From the NCBI GenBank assembly GCA_016213945.1, contig JACQZF010000032.1, positions 20,324-84,323 on the forward strand: a DNA stretch of 64,000 bases, read 5' to 3'. The translations under genes and the position numbers were made by a program. This DNA is from Nitrospirota bacterium. Lineage in GTDB: Bacteria > Nitrospirota > Thermodesulfovibrionia > UBA6902. Below, piece by piece: positions 37,669 through 47,180 of this stretch. The notes under the pieces are model-generated. The model did not search any database. It worked only from the letters and a program-made list of their open reading frames with translations, and was not told where the DNA came from. Every line of letters starts with the position of its first letter. Within the stretch, counting starts at the first letter, position 1.

Positions 37669-37790
37669 AAATTTAAGTTCCGTTAATTTTAGTAACCAAT
37701 TATAACAAAATATATCTGCGATTATCTGCGGCAATCTGCGGCCTCTACGTATTGCATCTTATATAAAAAATCCTGTATCCTTTTTCTGTC

Positions 37791-39005
37791 ATGCAGATGC
37801 CCAAACCCGAACAACAGCTCCAGGTAATCAAAAGAGGAGTGGTCGAGATACTGGTTGAAGAAGATCTCATCAGGAAGCTCGATCGTTCTTACCAGACGAA
37901 CACGCCCCTGAAGATCAAGGCCGGGTTCGACCCAACCGCACCCGACATTCATCTCGGACATACCGTGCTTCTTGAAAAGATGCGGCAGTTTCAGGACCTG
38001 GGGCATGAAGTGGTTTTGATAATCGGAGACTTCACCGGGATGATAGGCGATCCCACGGGAAGGTCCGAGGTAAGGAAACCTTTGACAAAGGACAATGTCC
38101 TGAAAAATGCAGAAACCTATAAGGCCCAGGTTTTCAAGGTCCTCGATCCCGGCAGGACGCAGATCAGATTTAACAGCGAGTGGCTTGAAAAAATGACCGC
38201 AATTGAAATTATCAGACTTCAGGCAAAACAGACCGTTGCGAGAATGCTTGAACGTGAAGATTTCAAACAGCGCTTTGAAAACCACAGCCCGATAAGCATC
38301 CACGAGTTTATTTACCCGCTTTTGCAGGGCTACGATTCAGTGGTCCTGAAGGCCGATATTGAGACCGGCGGTACGGACCAAAAGTTCAACCTCCTGATGG
38401 GAAGGGCCCTGCAGCAGGAATACGGGCAGGCGCAGCAGGCGCTTGTGCTTATGCCTCTGCTTGAGGGCACTGACGGTGTGAAAAAGATGAGCAAGAGCCT
38501 TGGCAATTACATCGGCATTACAGAGCAGCCCAAGGACATGTTCGGAAAGATCATGTCCATCAGCGATGAGCTGATGCTCAGGTATTACGAACTGCTGAGC
38601 CGTATCTCTATTGACGAACTGAGTAAATTAAAAGAAGGCATCAAAAATAATTCGGTGCATCCGATGGAGGCAAAGAAATCGCTTGCGTTTGAGATCGTCG
38701 AGAGGTACCACGGTAAAGAAGCCGCTGAAAAAGCGAAAGAGGAATTCGGGCACATATTCAAAGACAAGGGGATGCCTGATGATATCCCTGTGTTTAAGCT
38801 CGGTCCCGCCGATGCGGAGATCTGGCTTCCAAAGATCATGAAGCTCTCCGGCCTCGTTAAGAGCACGGGAGAGGGGATCAGGTTAATAAAACAGGGCGGC
38901 GTCAGCGTGGGTAATGAAAAGTGGGACGACCCTGACAAAAAACTTCCTGCCGGTGAATACCTTCTCAAGGTTGGGAAGAGAAGATTTCTGAAGATATTGC
39001 CGTAA
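37791..39005 (+). CDS. tyrS: tyrosine--tRNA ligase
   Basis: HLGH (DIHLGHTV) and KMSKS motifs, C-terminal S4-like domain. Confidence 0.9.
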   Translation: MQMPKPEQQLQVIKRGVVEILVEEDLIRKLDRSYQTNTPLKIKAGFDPTAPDIHLGHTVLLEKMRQFQDLGHEVVLIIGDFTGMIGDPTGRSEVRKPLTKDNVLKNAETYKAQVFKVLDPGRTQIRFNSEWLEKMTAIEIIRLQAKQTVARMLEREDFKQRFENHSPISIHEFIYPLLQGYDSVVLKADIETGGTDQKFNLLMGRALQQEYGQAQQALVLMPLLEGTDGVKKMSKSLGNYIGITEQPKDMFGKIMSISDELMLRYYELLSRISIDELSKLKEGIKNNSVHPMEAKKSLAFEIVERYHGKEAAEKAKEEFGHIFKDKGMPDDIPVFKLGPADAEIWLPKIMKLSGLVKSTGEGIRLIKQGGVSVGNEKWDDPDKKLPAGEYLLKVGKRRFLKILP

Positions 39006-39017
39006 TGAATTTATAAA

Positions 39018-39038
39018 TTGCCGGCTACCTGCCGGCAA
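39018..39038 (-). promoter_or_regulatory. 8-bp perfect hairpin: candidate bacterial SECIS and/or bidirectional terminator
   Basis: Minus strand: UGA-gggguguag-UUGCCGGC-agguа-GCCGGCAA-uuuauaaa. The stem starts 9 nt after the UGA and the loop contains GGU. Confidence 0.45.
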
Positions 39039-39254
39039 CTACACCCCTCAGGCCCCGCCGTAACCGATGGTCACTTTTCCGTCTTCAACAATGACCGGGA
39101 CTTTCCTCTGACCGCCTGTATGCTTCAGCATCTCTTCCAATTTGGCCTTGTCCGCTTTCACGTCATAATATTGCGCGCCCCAGCCGTAAGCAGACCTGGC
39201 CTTTTCCGTGAAAGGGCAGCCTGCCTTGCCGTAAATAATAACTATTTCCGCCAT
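39039..39254 (-). CDS. glutaredoxin-like protein, candidate Uxx-star selenoprotein (UGA at 39048-39050 read as Sec)
   Basis: MAEIVIIYGKAGCPFTEKA...RKVPVIVEDGKVTIGYGGA-TGA-GGG-GTG-TAG. ggagg precedes the ATG. Without recoding, the CDS is 39048..39254. Confidence 0.55.
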
Positions 39255-39389
39255 AACACCGCCTCCATCAGTTATAATTTTGTCATTAATGATATCATAG
39301 GAGCTGCAAAACAGCATAATCAACAACAAAATACAGAAGTGGCCACGAATGAAAGCTGTAATCTAATGTCCTATGCAGGCTGTAGCCTT

Positions 39390-39448
39390 GTCATTCCGGC
39401 TTGTCCGGAATCTTTTTTACAGAAGGACTCCCGACAAGCTGGAGTGAC
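39390..39448. repeat. GTCATTCC...GGAGTGAC MITE-like element
   Basis: gtcattccggcttgtccggaatc...gactcccgacaagctggagtgac. Confidence 0.75.
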
Positions 39449-39484
39449 AGCTCCGGTGGACGTTGCTACGCAGGCGTCAATAGT

Positions 39485-39661
39485 ATGAAGGAAACAAAGC
39501 TCAACTGTTTTGACTGCGCTTATTTTTATGTAACGTGGGATGAAAAATTTCCACGGGGATGCAAGGCCATGGGTTTTAAATCAAAGGAGATGCCTTCCGC
39601 CGTTGTTTACAAATCATCCGATACGCAGTGTCTTAAGTTTAAATTGAAAAAGAAAAAATAA
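39485..39661 (+). CDS. small Cys-containing hypothetical protein (58 aa)
   Basis: MKETKLNCFDCAYFYVTWDEKFPRGCKAMGF.... The track ORF's N-terminal extension runs through the MITE. Confidence 0.4.
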   Translation: MKETKLNCFDCAYFYVTWDEKFPRGCKAMGFKSKEMPSAVVYKSSDTQCLKFKLKKKK

Positions 39662-39667
39662 TATAAA

Positions 39668-42145
39668 ATGTCTCTGAATCTCTCGCGCTTTAAAAAACCG
39701 AGCAGGTATACCGGCAACGAAATCAATATCGTCCGCAAAGAGGGTGATATAAAAGTCGCCCTCTGCTTTCCTGATACCTATGAAATAGGGATGTCCCATC
39801 TGGGACTAAAGATCCTCTATTCAATAATCAATAAAATCCCCGGTGTCTCTGCTGAACGGTCCTTTTCACCGTGGGTGGATTATGAAGCTTATCTCAGGGA
39901 AAATAATTTACCCCTCACCTCAATTGAAAATAAAAGGCCCCTGAAGGATTTCGATATTGTCGGCTTCACATTACAGTACGAGCTTTCCTATACGAATGTC
40001 CTGAACATGCTTGATCTGGGCGGGGTCCCGATAAAGGCCAAAGACAGGGGAGACAATTTCCCCCTTGTCATTGCAGGCGGCCCATGCGCGGTAAATCCCC
40101 TCGCCCTCTCACCGTTTATCGACGCCTTTGTCATTGGAGACGGAGAGGAAGTGATAGTGGAGATCATAGAGAAAGTCAGAAGTCAGAAGTCAGAAGTCAG
40201 AAGTAAAGAAAATTTATTATGCGGCCTTGCAAAACTCGAAGGGGTCTATGTTCCGGCAATTCACGATGCAGGCAAACAGAAAGTCAGGAGAAGGATCGTC
40301 GAAGACCTTGACAAGGCATTATTCCCTGATGCACCACTTTTGCCATACACTGCAATCGTTCATGACAGGGTGGCAATTGAGGTTGCAAGAGGCTGCACGA
40401 GGGGATGCCGCTTCTGTCAGGCAGGCATGATCTACCGGCCGGTTAGAGAGAGGTCGTATGAAAACGTCCTTTCGCTCGCGCTGAAATCCGTTGCAGCCAC
40501 CGGCTATGAAGATGTGTCTTTTACCTCTCTGAGCGCGGGAGATTACAGCAGCCTCCTGCCGTTGATCAGGGATTTCAATAAAATGTGTTCCGGCTCCCAC
40601 GTCTCTGTTTCACTTCCATCTTTGCGGGTCGGTTCGGTGAACAGCGAGGTGCTTAAAGAAATAAAAAGCGTAAGAAAGACAGGATTCACCATCGCGCCGG
40701 AGGCAGGCACTCAAAGGCTCCGCGAGGTAATTAACAAAGACTTTACGGATGAAGAATATGAAGAAACGCTGAACAAGCTTTTCGCGGAGGGATGGAAACA
40801 CTTAAAACTTTATTTCATGATCGGGCTTCCTTCGGAAACAATGGAAGACATTGAAGGCCTGATCGGCATGGTGAAAAAGGCCTCAAATAAGGGAAGAGAG
40901 ATCACGCGCAAAAGCGTTGAAGTGAATATCGGGATCTCATCCTTTGTGCCAAAACCGCATACGCCGTTTCAGTGGATGGGGCAGGCGCCTATTGCTGAAC
41001 TCCGGGAAAAACAGGACTATCTCCGAAAGGCATTCAGGCGGAGAGGCGTCAATTTCAAGGGACAGCATGTTGAGAACAGCCTGCTTGAGGCAGTATTTTC
41101 AAGGGCTGACAGAGACTGCGCCTTGCTGCTTGAAGAGGCGTGGAGACTGGGGTGCCGGTTTGACGGGTGGTCGGAGCAGTTTGATTTTGGCAAATGGCAG
41201 CTTGCCTCGGAGAAGACCGGCATTGATCTTTACAATTATGCCTCCCGGAATTTTCCCCTTGACGAGGAACTCCCGTGGGATTTTATTGACACCGGGATAA
41301 CAAAGAGTTTTTTAAAATCGGAATACAACCACGCCTTGCAGCAAAAGATCACCGCCGATTGCCGGAAGGCCTGCTCCAGATGCGGGTTGGAATGCGGGGA
41401 TTCAAACACACCCCTGACCCCTCTTAATAGAGGGGAATTAATTCCCCCTTTGAAAAAGGGGGATGAAGGGGGATTTTTTCACAAAATCCATGTCCCTACA
41501 AGGATAAGGGTGAAGTTTGCAAAGACAGGCGAGATGCGGTACCTCTCTCATCAGGAATTAATGACGGCTATTCTGCGCGCCACAAGAAGGGCAAACATCC
41601 CGGTTGCCTATTCAGCGGGATTTCATCCGCACCCGAAGATATCATTCGGCCCCGCGCTTTCAGTCGGCATAGAGGGCTTAAATGAGTACTTTGACATAGA
41701 GCTGACTGCAATGTTGAAGACCCCGGAGTTTGTGGAAATGTTAAATGCAAAGCTGCCTGAAGGGATCGAGGCGCGCGCCGCTGTTTTGGTCCCCGCGAAT
41801 GAGCGCTCCTTAAATGACCTCATTTCACGCTATGAATACGAGATAGATATTGACAATGCGGACATTGAACACATAAAGTCTTTTATGAGCAAACAGGATT
41901 GTCTTGTTATAAGAGAAGAAAAGGGACAGTCCGTTGATATCCGTCCGATGGTAGAAAAGGCCGAGGTCAGCGGCGGCACATTGAATCTTATGCTCGTTGA
42001 CACGGAAAAGACAAAGGCAAGGCTCCATGAAGTATTAAAGGAAATGCTTCAGAAGCCCGTTGAAGAAATTCAGGCGGCAGTAGCAAAAAGGACCCGCCTT
42101 TATGGTTATAATAGAGGCGTGTGGATTGAACCGATTGAAAAATAA
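39668..42145 (+). CDS. B12-binding-domain radical SAM protein fused to a DUF2344-type C-terminal domain
   Basis: CxxxCxxC-type cluster RGCTRGCRFCQAG. C-terminal ...RYLSHQELMTAILRATRRANIPVAYSAGFHPHPKISF. Two in-frame repeat inserts (40175-40209 and about 41410-41480). Confidence 0.8.
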   Translation: MSLNLSRFKKPSRYTGNEINIVRKEGDIKVALCFPDTYEIGMSHLGLKILYSIINKIPGVSAERSFSPWVDYEAYLRENNLPLTSIENKRPLKDFDIVGFTLQYELSYTNVLNMLDLGGVPIKAKDRGDNFPLVIAGGPCAVNPLALSPFIDAFVIGDGEEVIVEIIEKVRSQKSEVRSKENLLCGLAKLEGVYVPAIHDAGKQKVRRRIVEDLDKALFPDAPLLPYTAIVHDRVAIEVARGCTRGCRFCQAGMIYRPVRERSYENVLSLALKSVAATGYEDVSFTSLSAGDYSSLLPLIRDFNKMCSGSHVSVSLPSLRVGSVNSEVLKEIKSVRKTGFTIAPEAGTQRLREVINKDFTDEEYEETLNKLFAEGWKHLKLYFMIGLPSETMEDIEGLIGMVKKASNKGREITRKSVEVNIGISSFVPKPHTPFQWMGQAPIAELREKQDYLRKAFRRRGVNFKGQHVENSLLEAVFSRADRDCALLLEEAWRLGCRFDGWSEQFDFGKWQLASEKTGIDLYNYASRNFPLDEELPWDFIDTGITKSFLKSEYNHALQQKITADCRKACSRCGLECGDSNTPLTPLNRGELIPPLKKGDEGGFFHKIHVPTRIRVKFAKTGEMRYLSHQELMTAILRATRRANIPVAYSAGFHPHPKISFGPALSVGIEGLNEYFDIELTAMLKTPEFVEMLNAKLPEGIEARAAVLVPANERSLNDLISRYEYEIDIDNADIEHIKSFMSKQDCLVIREEKGQSVDIRPMVEKAEVSGGTLNLMLVDTEKTKARLHEVLKEMLQKPVEEIQAAVAKRTRLYGYNRGVWIEPIEK

Positions 42146-42153
42146 AACGCATT

Positions 42154-42250
42154 ACCACAGAGGTCACAGAGAGTAAGAAAACAATGAATGTGACGTTGGG
42201 AATAATTATACTTTTTATTTCTCATTTTTTTGCTCTGTGTTCTCTGTGGT
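42154..42250. repeat. inverted CACAGAG-type heptamer arrays (hairpin element)
   Basis: accacagaggtcacagagag ... ctctgtgttctctgtggt. Confidence 0.75.
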
Positions 42251-42266
42251 TAAATAAAGAAAAACA

Positions 42267-43748
42267 ATGGCTGGAAAGATAATAATCAACATAACCCCCG
42301 AACAAACACGCGTGGCGCTGCTTGAGACCAATACACAGCTCTCCGAGCTTTATATTGAGAGGAAAAAAGACGCCAGCCTGGTAGGCAATATCTACAAAGG
42401 CAAGGTCGTAAAAATACTTCCCGGTATGCAATCCGCGTTCGTGGATGTCGGGCTTGAAAAAGCGGCCTTCCTTCACGCCGCTGACGTGCTGTCTGGTTTT
42501 GATTATTCCATTTTCGGAGAGGACATTGAGGAAACAGTGCCTGTCCATCTGCCGATCGAAGACCTGCTGCGTGAAGGCGAGGAAGTCTTTGTCCAGGTTT
42601 CAAAGGACTCCATCGGCTCCAAGGGCGCGAGGGTCACCTCGTACATCACGCTTCCGGGGAGATATCTTGTGCTTATGCCCGGGGTCGAGCACGTCGGCAT
42701 TTCAAGGAAGATACTTGATGAAGAAGAAAGGACCAGGCTTAAAAATATTATCACCGAGCTGAAAACCAAGAACTTCGGCTTTATCATCAGGACCGCAAGC
42801 GAGGGCTGTACGATGGAGGAACTGAAGAAAGATGTCGACTACCTCATGCTCCTTTGGGAAAATATCCAGAAGAAGAAAGAAAAAGGCGGTTCGCCCCATC
42901 TGCTTTTCAATGACCTCAACCTCGCGCTCAGAAGCGTGCGCGACCTGCTGAACCAGGAGATCGAAGAGGTAATTATTGATTCCAGGGAAGAACATAAGAA
43001 GCTCCTGGATTTTGTTAATACCTATTTCCCTAAATTGATTGCGAAGATCAAACTTTACGAAGGCGTTGAGCCGGTATTTGACGCATACGGTATTGAGCTT
43101 GAGATACCCAAGGCGCTGGGCAAACGTATATGGCTGAAGTCCGGCGGATATATTGTGCTTGACCAGACAGAGGCGCTTACTTCCATAGACGTAAACACAG
43201 GAAAGTTTGTCGGCAAGGCGTCGCTTGAAGACACCATCTTCAAGACCAACATGGAGGCGGTAAAAGAGATCGCCTACCAGATACGGCTGAGGAACCTCGG
43301 CGGGATAATCATAATTGATTTTATTGATATGGAAAAAGAGGAGAACCGGAAAAAACTCTTCAACGTATTCCAGGAGGCAATGTGCAAAGACCGGGCAAAA
43401 TGCACGATACTGGAGGTGTCGGAGCTCGGCCTTATCCAGATGACGAGGAAGCGCGTGAGGGAAAGCCTTGAGAGGGTGTTATGCGAGCCATGCCATTATT
43501 GCGACGGCAAGGGGTTTGTAAAATCTCCCACGACCGTGTGCTATGAGATATTCATGGAGCTGAGAAGGATAGGCGTGAAAAAGAAAAACTGCAAGATAAT
43601 GGTCACCGCTCATCCCTATGTGGCCGACCTTATATATGAAGATGAAAGAGAAGGCCTGGAGCTGATTGAAAAAGAAAACGGATTCAAGATAATCCTGAAG
43701 GCCGACAACACCTTTCACCAGGAGTTCTACGAAGTAGTGACGCTGTAG
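42267..43748 (+). CDS. rng: Rne/Rng-family ribonuclease (RNase G-like)
   Basis: S1 domain (VGNIYKGKVVKILPGMQSAFVDVG) and the catalytic region DVNTGKF...IIIIDFIDM. Confidence 0.85.
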   Translation: MAGKIIINITPEQTRVALLETNTQLSELYIERKKDASLVGNIYKGKVVKILPGMQSAFVDVGLEKAAFLHAADVLSGFDYSIFGEDIEETVPVHLPIEDLLREGEEVFVQVSKDSIGSKGARVTSYITLPGRYLVLMPGVEHVGISRKILDEEERTRLKNIITELKTKNFGFIIRTASEGCTMEELKKDVDYLMLLWENIQKKKEKGGSPHLLFNDLNLALRSVRDLLNQEIEEVIIDSREEHKKLLDFVNTYFPKLIAKIKLYEGVEPVFDAYGIELEIPKALGKRIWLKSGGYIVLDQTEALTSIDVNTGKFVGKASLEDTIFKTNMEAVKEIAYQIRLRNLGGIIIIDFIDMEKEENRKKLFNVFQEAMCKDRAKCTILEVSELGLIQMTRKRVRESLERVLCEPCHYCDGKGFVKSPTTVCYEIFMELRRIGVKKKNCKIMVTAHPYVADLIYEDEREGLELIEKENGFKIILKADNTFHQEFYEVVTL

Positions 43749-43757
43749 AAAGACCTG

Positions 43758-43844
43758 GTAAGAAGCGGGAAATAAGAAGTAAGAAGTTTTAAAACAATCT
43801 TTCTCGGTTTTTACTTCTCAGTTCCCACTTCTTACTTCTCACTT
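43758..43844. repeat. inverted GTAAGAA-type heptamer arrays
   Basis: ggtaagaagcgggaaataagaagtaagaag ... ttacttctcagttcccacttcttacttctcactt. Confidence 0.75.
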
Positions 43845-43852
43845 TTAAAGTT

Positions 43853-44710
43853 ATGACTCTCGACGAAAAATTTACAAAACTGAAAGACGGCCTGAAGGCC
43901 ATGGACAAAGTGATCATTGCTTACTCAGGCGGTGTTGACAGTGCCTTTCTATTGAAGGCAGCTTCGCTATCGGGCCTCTCTGACATTCTCGCAGTTACCG
44001 GGATATCAGAGAGCCTGCAGAAGGATGAACTTTCTACCGCAAAGGAACTTGCCTCTTCCCTGAACATTAAACACCTGACAATAATGACTGAAGAACTGAG
44101 CAATGAAAATTACGCTAACAATCCTCCTGACAGATGTTACTATTGCAAGAAAGATCTCTTCGGCAAGCTCAGGGAAATTGCTGAAAAGGAAAATTGCCCC
44201 TTTGTCCTTGACGGCACAAATGCGGATGACGCAAAGGACTGGCGTCCCGGAAGGCGCGCTGCAATGGAGGAGGGTGTCCGGAGCCCCTTGCTTGATGCGG
44301 GGTTGAGCAAAAAAGAGATCCGGGAATTATCTCGCTCCCTCGGGCTTTCAACCTGGGACAAGCCGGCGGCACCGTGCCTTTCTTCACGTTTCCCATACGG
44401 GCGGAAGATCACGGCAGAGGCGCTCGACAGGGTAAGCCGGGCCGAAACCTTTATAAAAAAGTTCGGCATAAAAGAACTGAGGGTGAGGGACCATGCGGAG
44501 ACTGCGCGGATTGAAGTCAATGCTGAAGATTTCAAGGCGCTGACCGATGACGCGATCAGAAATGAGATCGTCAGCTTCCTGAAATCCCTCGGCTACAAAT
44601 ATGTCACCCTCGACCTTCAAGGTTTCAGAAGCGGCAGCGGGAATGAAGTTTTAACAGATATCAATTCCGAAAACCACGGAGACACAGAGATACGGAGAAA
44701 AGAAACGTAA
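43853..44710 (+). CDS. larE: PP-loop ATP-utilising enzyme, LarE-like sulfur transferase
   Basis: AYSGGVDSAFLL PP-loop, CYYCK motif. The last ~13 codons run into a repeat arm. Confidence 0.75.
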   Translation: MTLDEKFTKLKDGLKAMDKVIIAYSGGVDSAFLLKAASLSGLSDILAVTGISESLQKDELSTAKELASSLNIKHLTIMTEELSNENYANNPPDRCYYCKKDLFGKLREIAEKENCPFVLDGTNADDAKDWRPGRRAAMEEGVRSPLLDAGLSKKEIRELSRSLGLSTWDKPAAPCLSSRFPYGRKITAEALDRVSRAETFIKKFGIKELRVRDHAETARIEVNAEDFKALTDDAIRNEIVSFLKSLGYKYVTLDLQGFRSGSGNEVLTDINSENHGDTEIRRKET

Positions 44711-44763
44711 TATATTTTATTTATAAATTCTTAATATTCTCTGTGCCTCTGTGTCTCTGTGGT
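44673..44763. repeat. inverted CACAGAG-type heptamer arrays
   Basis: accacggagacacagagatacggag ... ttctctgtgcctctgtgtctctgtggt. Confidence 0.8.
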
Positions 44764-44799
44764 AAATTATATATTTTTTTGTGAAAAGCCAAATTAACA

Positions 44800-45990
44800 A
44801 TGACAGAAATCGCCTATCATGATGAACTTTTAAAATGCGTGCGGTGCGGCGCCTGCAAGGCGTTGTGCCCGACCTATCTGACGACTCTGAATGAAACAAT
44901 GGGCGCAAGGGGCCGGGTCGCAATGCTTGGCGAGCTTGAAGAAAACCGCCTTGCGCCGACCCGGAAGCTTGCGGAGAAGATATTCAGCTGCATGCTCTGC
45001 GGCGCGTGCAAGAACCTCTGCCCCACCGGGATCAATATCCCTGAGATGATATACAAAGGAAGAGCAAGGCTGAAGGGTTCTTTCAGGCAGGGCCGTGTCA
45101 TCCGGACGGCCTTGAAATATTCAGCGCCGAGAATGGACGCGGTCTTTGCGATATTGCGCGGGATGCAGAAAATATTATATCGCCCTCTTTTTAACAGAGG
45201 CCTACTGCCATACGTCCCGGAGATCACATCGGAGCCGTTTAAAAACAGCATCCAGGTTTACAGAAGCAAGAAAGCAATCGGCAGGATAGCGATCTTTGCG
45301 GGTTGCAGCGTGAATTACTTTTATCCGAACCTCGGCAGGGCGCTCTCACGGGTCCTGCTTGCAAACGGATACGAGGTCGTTGTCTTTAAGGGTGAGTTAT
45401 GCTGCGGGGCCCCGTTAAGAGCGGCGGGGCTGGATGAGGAGGCGTCAGCGCTTGCAAAGAAGAACATCGAACACTTCAGCAAGGTAAGGGCGGAGGCGAT
45501 AATCAGCATGTGCCCTACATGTACAATGGTGATGAAGGAGCAATATCCTCTTATCGCGGGCGGCTCGATTTCCGGAATCATGGATGTAAACGAATTTCTC
45601 ATTAAATACGATCTCGCCTCGAATCTTGAAACCAACCCCGCGGTTGTCACTTATCATGATCCCTGCCACCTCCGTTACGGGCTGCTGATAAAAGACGAGC
45701 CGAGGCAGATACTGAAAGGCATCAGGGGCGTTGAATTTGTCGAGATGAAACACTCTGACGAATGCTGCGGCTTTGCGGGATTTTTCAGCCTGCATTTTAA
45801 AAATATTTCCAGAGAAATAGGGAAGAAAAAAATTGATAATATAAACGACACAAAGGCTGATACAGTAGTCACATCATGCCCCGGCTGCATGATGCAGCTT
45901 GAAAGCATGAAACTGAAAACCAATTCAAAAGTAAAAGTTAAGCACATTGTCGAAGTAATTGATGAAGCCATGAACGTTGAAGTAAAATAA
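44800..45990 (+). CDS. (Fe-S)-binding protein with two CCG domains (GlcF/HdrD-like)
   Basis: CVRCGACKALCP and CMLCGACKNLCP ferredoxin motifs. CCGAP and CCGFAG motifs. Confidence 0.75.
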   Translation: MTEIAYHDELLKCVRCGACKALCPTYLTTLNETMGARGRVAMLGELEENRLAPTRKLAEKIFSCMLCGACKNLCPTGINIPEMIYKGRARLKGSFRQGRVIRTALKYSAPRMDAVFAILRGMQKILYRPLFNRGLLPYVPEITSEPFKNSIQVYRSKKAIGRIAIFAGCSVNYFYPNLGRALSRVLLANGYEVVVFKGELCCGAPLRAAGLDEEASALAKKNIEHFSKVRAEAIISMCPTCTMVMKEQYPLIAGGSISGIMDVNEFLIKYDLASNLETNPAVVTYHDPCHLRYGLLIKDEPRQILKGIRGVEFVEMKHSDECCGFAGFFSLHFKNISREIGKKKIDNINDTKADTVVTSCPGCMMQLESMKLKTNSKVKVKHIVEVIDEAMNVEVK

Positions 45991-46007
45991 GAACACAACA
46001 ATAATAA

Positions 46008-46085
46008 ACCACAGAGACACTGAGGCGCAGAGACAAATAATGATTTTGAACTTTTCTTTTCTCTGTGTCTCCGTGCCTCTGTGGT
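46008..46085. repeat. inverted CACAGAG-type heptamer arrays
   Basis: aaccacagagacactgaggcgcagagac ... ctctgtgtctccgtgcctctgtggt. Confidence 0.8.
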
Positions 46086-46105
46086 AATCATAAGGAGAGA
46101 ACATA

Positions 46106-46750
46106 ATGAAATTTTTCATCGACACGGCGAACACAAAGGAGATCAAAGAGGCTTGGGAACTGGGGGTCATTGACGGCGTTACCACCAATCCATCGCTGAT
46201 ATCAAAAGAAGGGAAAGAACCGGTAAAACTGCTGAAAGAGATCTGTGGCATAGTCAACGGTCCTGTGAGCGCGGAGGTAGTCAGCCTTGACGCTGACGGA
46301 ATGGTCAAAGAGGCAAAGAAGCTGGCAAAGATACATAAAAACATTGTCGTAAAAATTCCCATGACCAAAGACGGTCTGAAGGCGACAAAAACACTTACAG
46401 GCCTCAAGATAAAAGCAAACGTCACCCTTATCTTCTCGCCGAATCAGGCTTTGCTTGCTGCCAAGGCAGGCGCGACATATGTCAGCCCGTTTGTGGGAAG
46501 GCTCGACGACATATCCCATTACGGCATGGACCTTGTCTCTCAGATACTTGAGATCTATGACAACTACGGATTTGAGACAGAGGTCATCGTCGCCAGCATC
46601 CGCAACCCGCTTCACGTCCTGGATGCCGCAAGGATGGGCGCTCATGTAGCGACAATCCCCTTCCCGGTCATTGAGCAGCTTTCAAAGCATCCGCTTACTG
46701 ATATCGGCATTGCAAAATTCCTGAAGGACTGGGAAAAGGTGCCGAAGTAA
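46106..46750 (+). CDS. fsa: fructose-6-phosphate aldolase / short transaldolase
   Basis: [15 protein letters not shown]...GVTTNPSL...VVKIP...SPFVGRLDD. Confidence 0.9.
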   Translation: MKFFIDTANTKEIKEAWELGVIDGVTTNPSLISKEGKEPVKLLKEICGIVNGPVSAEVVSLDADGMVKEAKKLAKIHKNIVVKIPMTKDGLKATKTLTGLKIKANVTLIFSPNQALLAAKAGATYVSPFVGRLDDISHYGMDLVSQILEIYDNYGFETEVIVASIRNPLHVLDAARMGAHVATIPFPVIEQLSKHPLTDIGIAKFLKDWEKVPK

Positions 46751-46754
46751 AAAA

Positions 46755-46828
46755 ACCACAGAGGCACGGAGGCACAGAGAAAGACAAAAAAATTTATTTA
46801 TTAAACTCCGTGTCTCAGTGTCTCCGTG
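46755..46828. repeat. inverted CACAGAG-type heptamer arrays
   Basis: accacagaggcacggaggcacagag ... ctccgtgtctcagtgtctccgtg. Confidence 0.8.
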
Positions 46829-46864
46829 TTTAATAATATTTTAGGAGATGTGAAGGAGAAGTTT

Positions 46865-47083
46865 ATGCCTATTTATGAATATAAATGCAATGAGTGCAAT
46901 GAGGACTTCGAGAAACTTGTATCAAGCTCAACCACGGAGGTCTCGTGTCCCAAGTGCAATTCGAAAAATATCACAAAGAAGTTTTCACTCTTCGGTATGA
47001 GCGGGGTTGAGAAGCCGGTCACTTCAACAAGCACTTCAGGATGCTCATCCTGCAGTTCATCTTCGTGCAAATCATGTCATTAA
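46865..47083 (+). CDS. FmdB-family zinc-ribbon protein with Ser/Cys-rich tail
   Basis: MPIYEYKCNECNEDFE...CPKCNS... and tail TSTSGCSSCSSSSCKSCH. Confidence 0.7.
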   Translation: MPIYEYKCNECNEDFEKLVSSSTTEVSCPKCNSKNITKKFSLFGMSGVEKPVTSTSTSGCSSCSSSSCKSCH

Positions 47084-47090
47084 CTACCAA

Positions 47091-47169
47091 GTGGGAAGTA
47101 AGAAGTTGGAAGTGAGAAGTGAAGGATAAAACCTTTTAAATCCTACTTCCCCCTTCCTACTTCTTACTT
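47091..47169. repeat. inverted GGGAAGT/GAGAAGT heptamer arrays
   Basis: gtgggaagtaagaagttggaagtgagaagtgaagg ... cctacttcccccttcctacttcttactt. Confidence 0.75.
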
Positions 47170-47180
47170 GAGCAGTTTCT

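Noticed and set aside
37722-38303. 193-aa minus-strand ORF
   Set aside because: Lies entirely antisense to the well-supported tyrS gene. No recognisable motifs; shadow ORF.
39018-39488. 156-aa plus-strand ORF
   Set aside because: Antisense to the glutaredoxin-like gene and runs through a MITE copy. The real small gene appears to start at 39485.
46865-47083. FmdB-like zinc-ribbon protein with a Ser/Cys tail, considered as the substrate of the adjacent rSAM/SPASM enzyme
   Set aside because: The genes are convergent and separated by a hairpin element, and the Ser/Cys-rich tail is a normal feature of the FmdB family.
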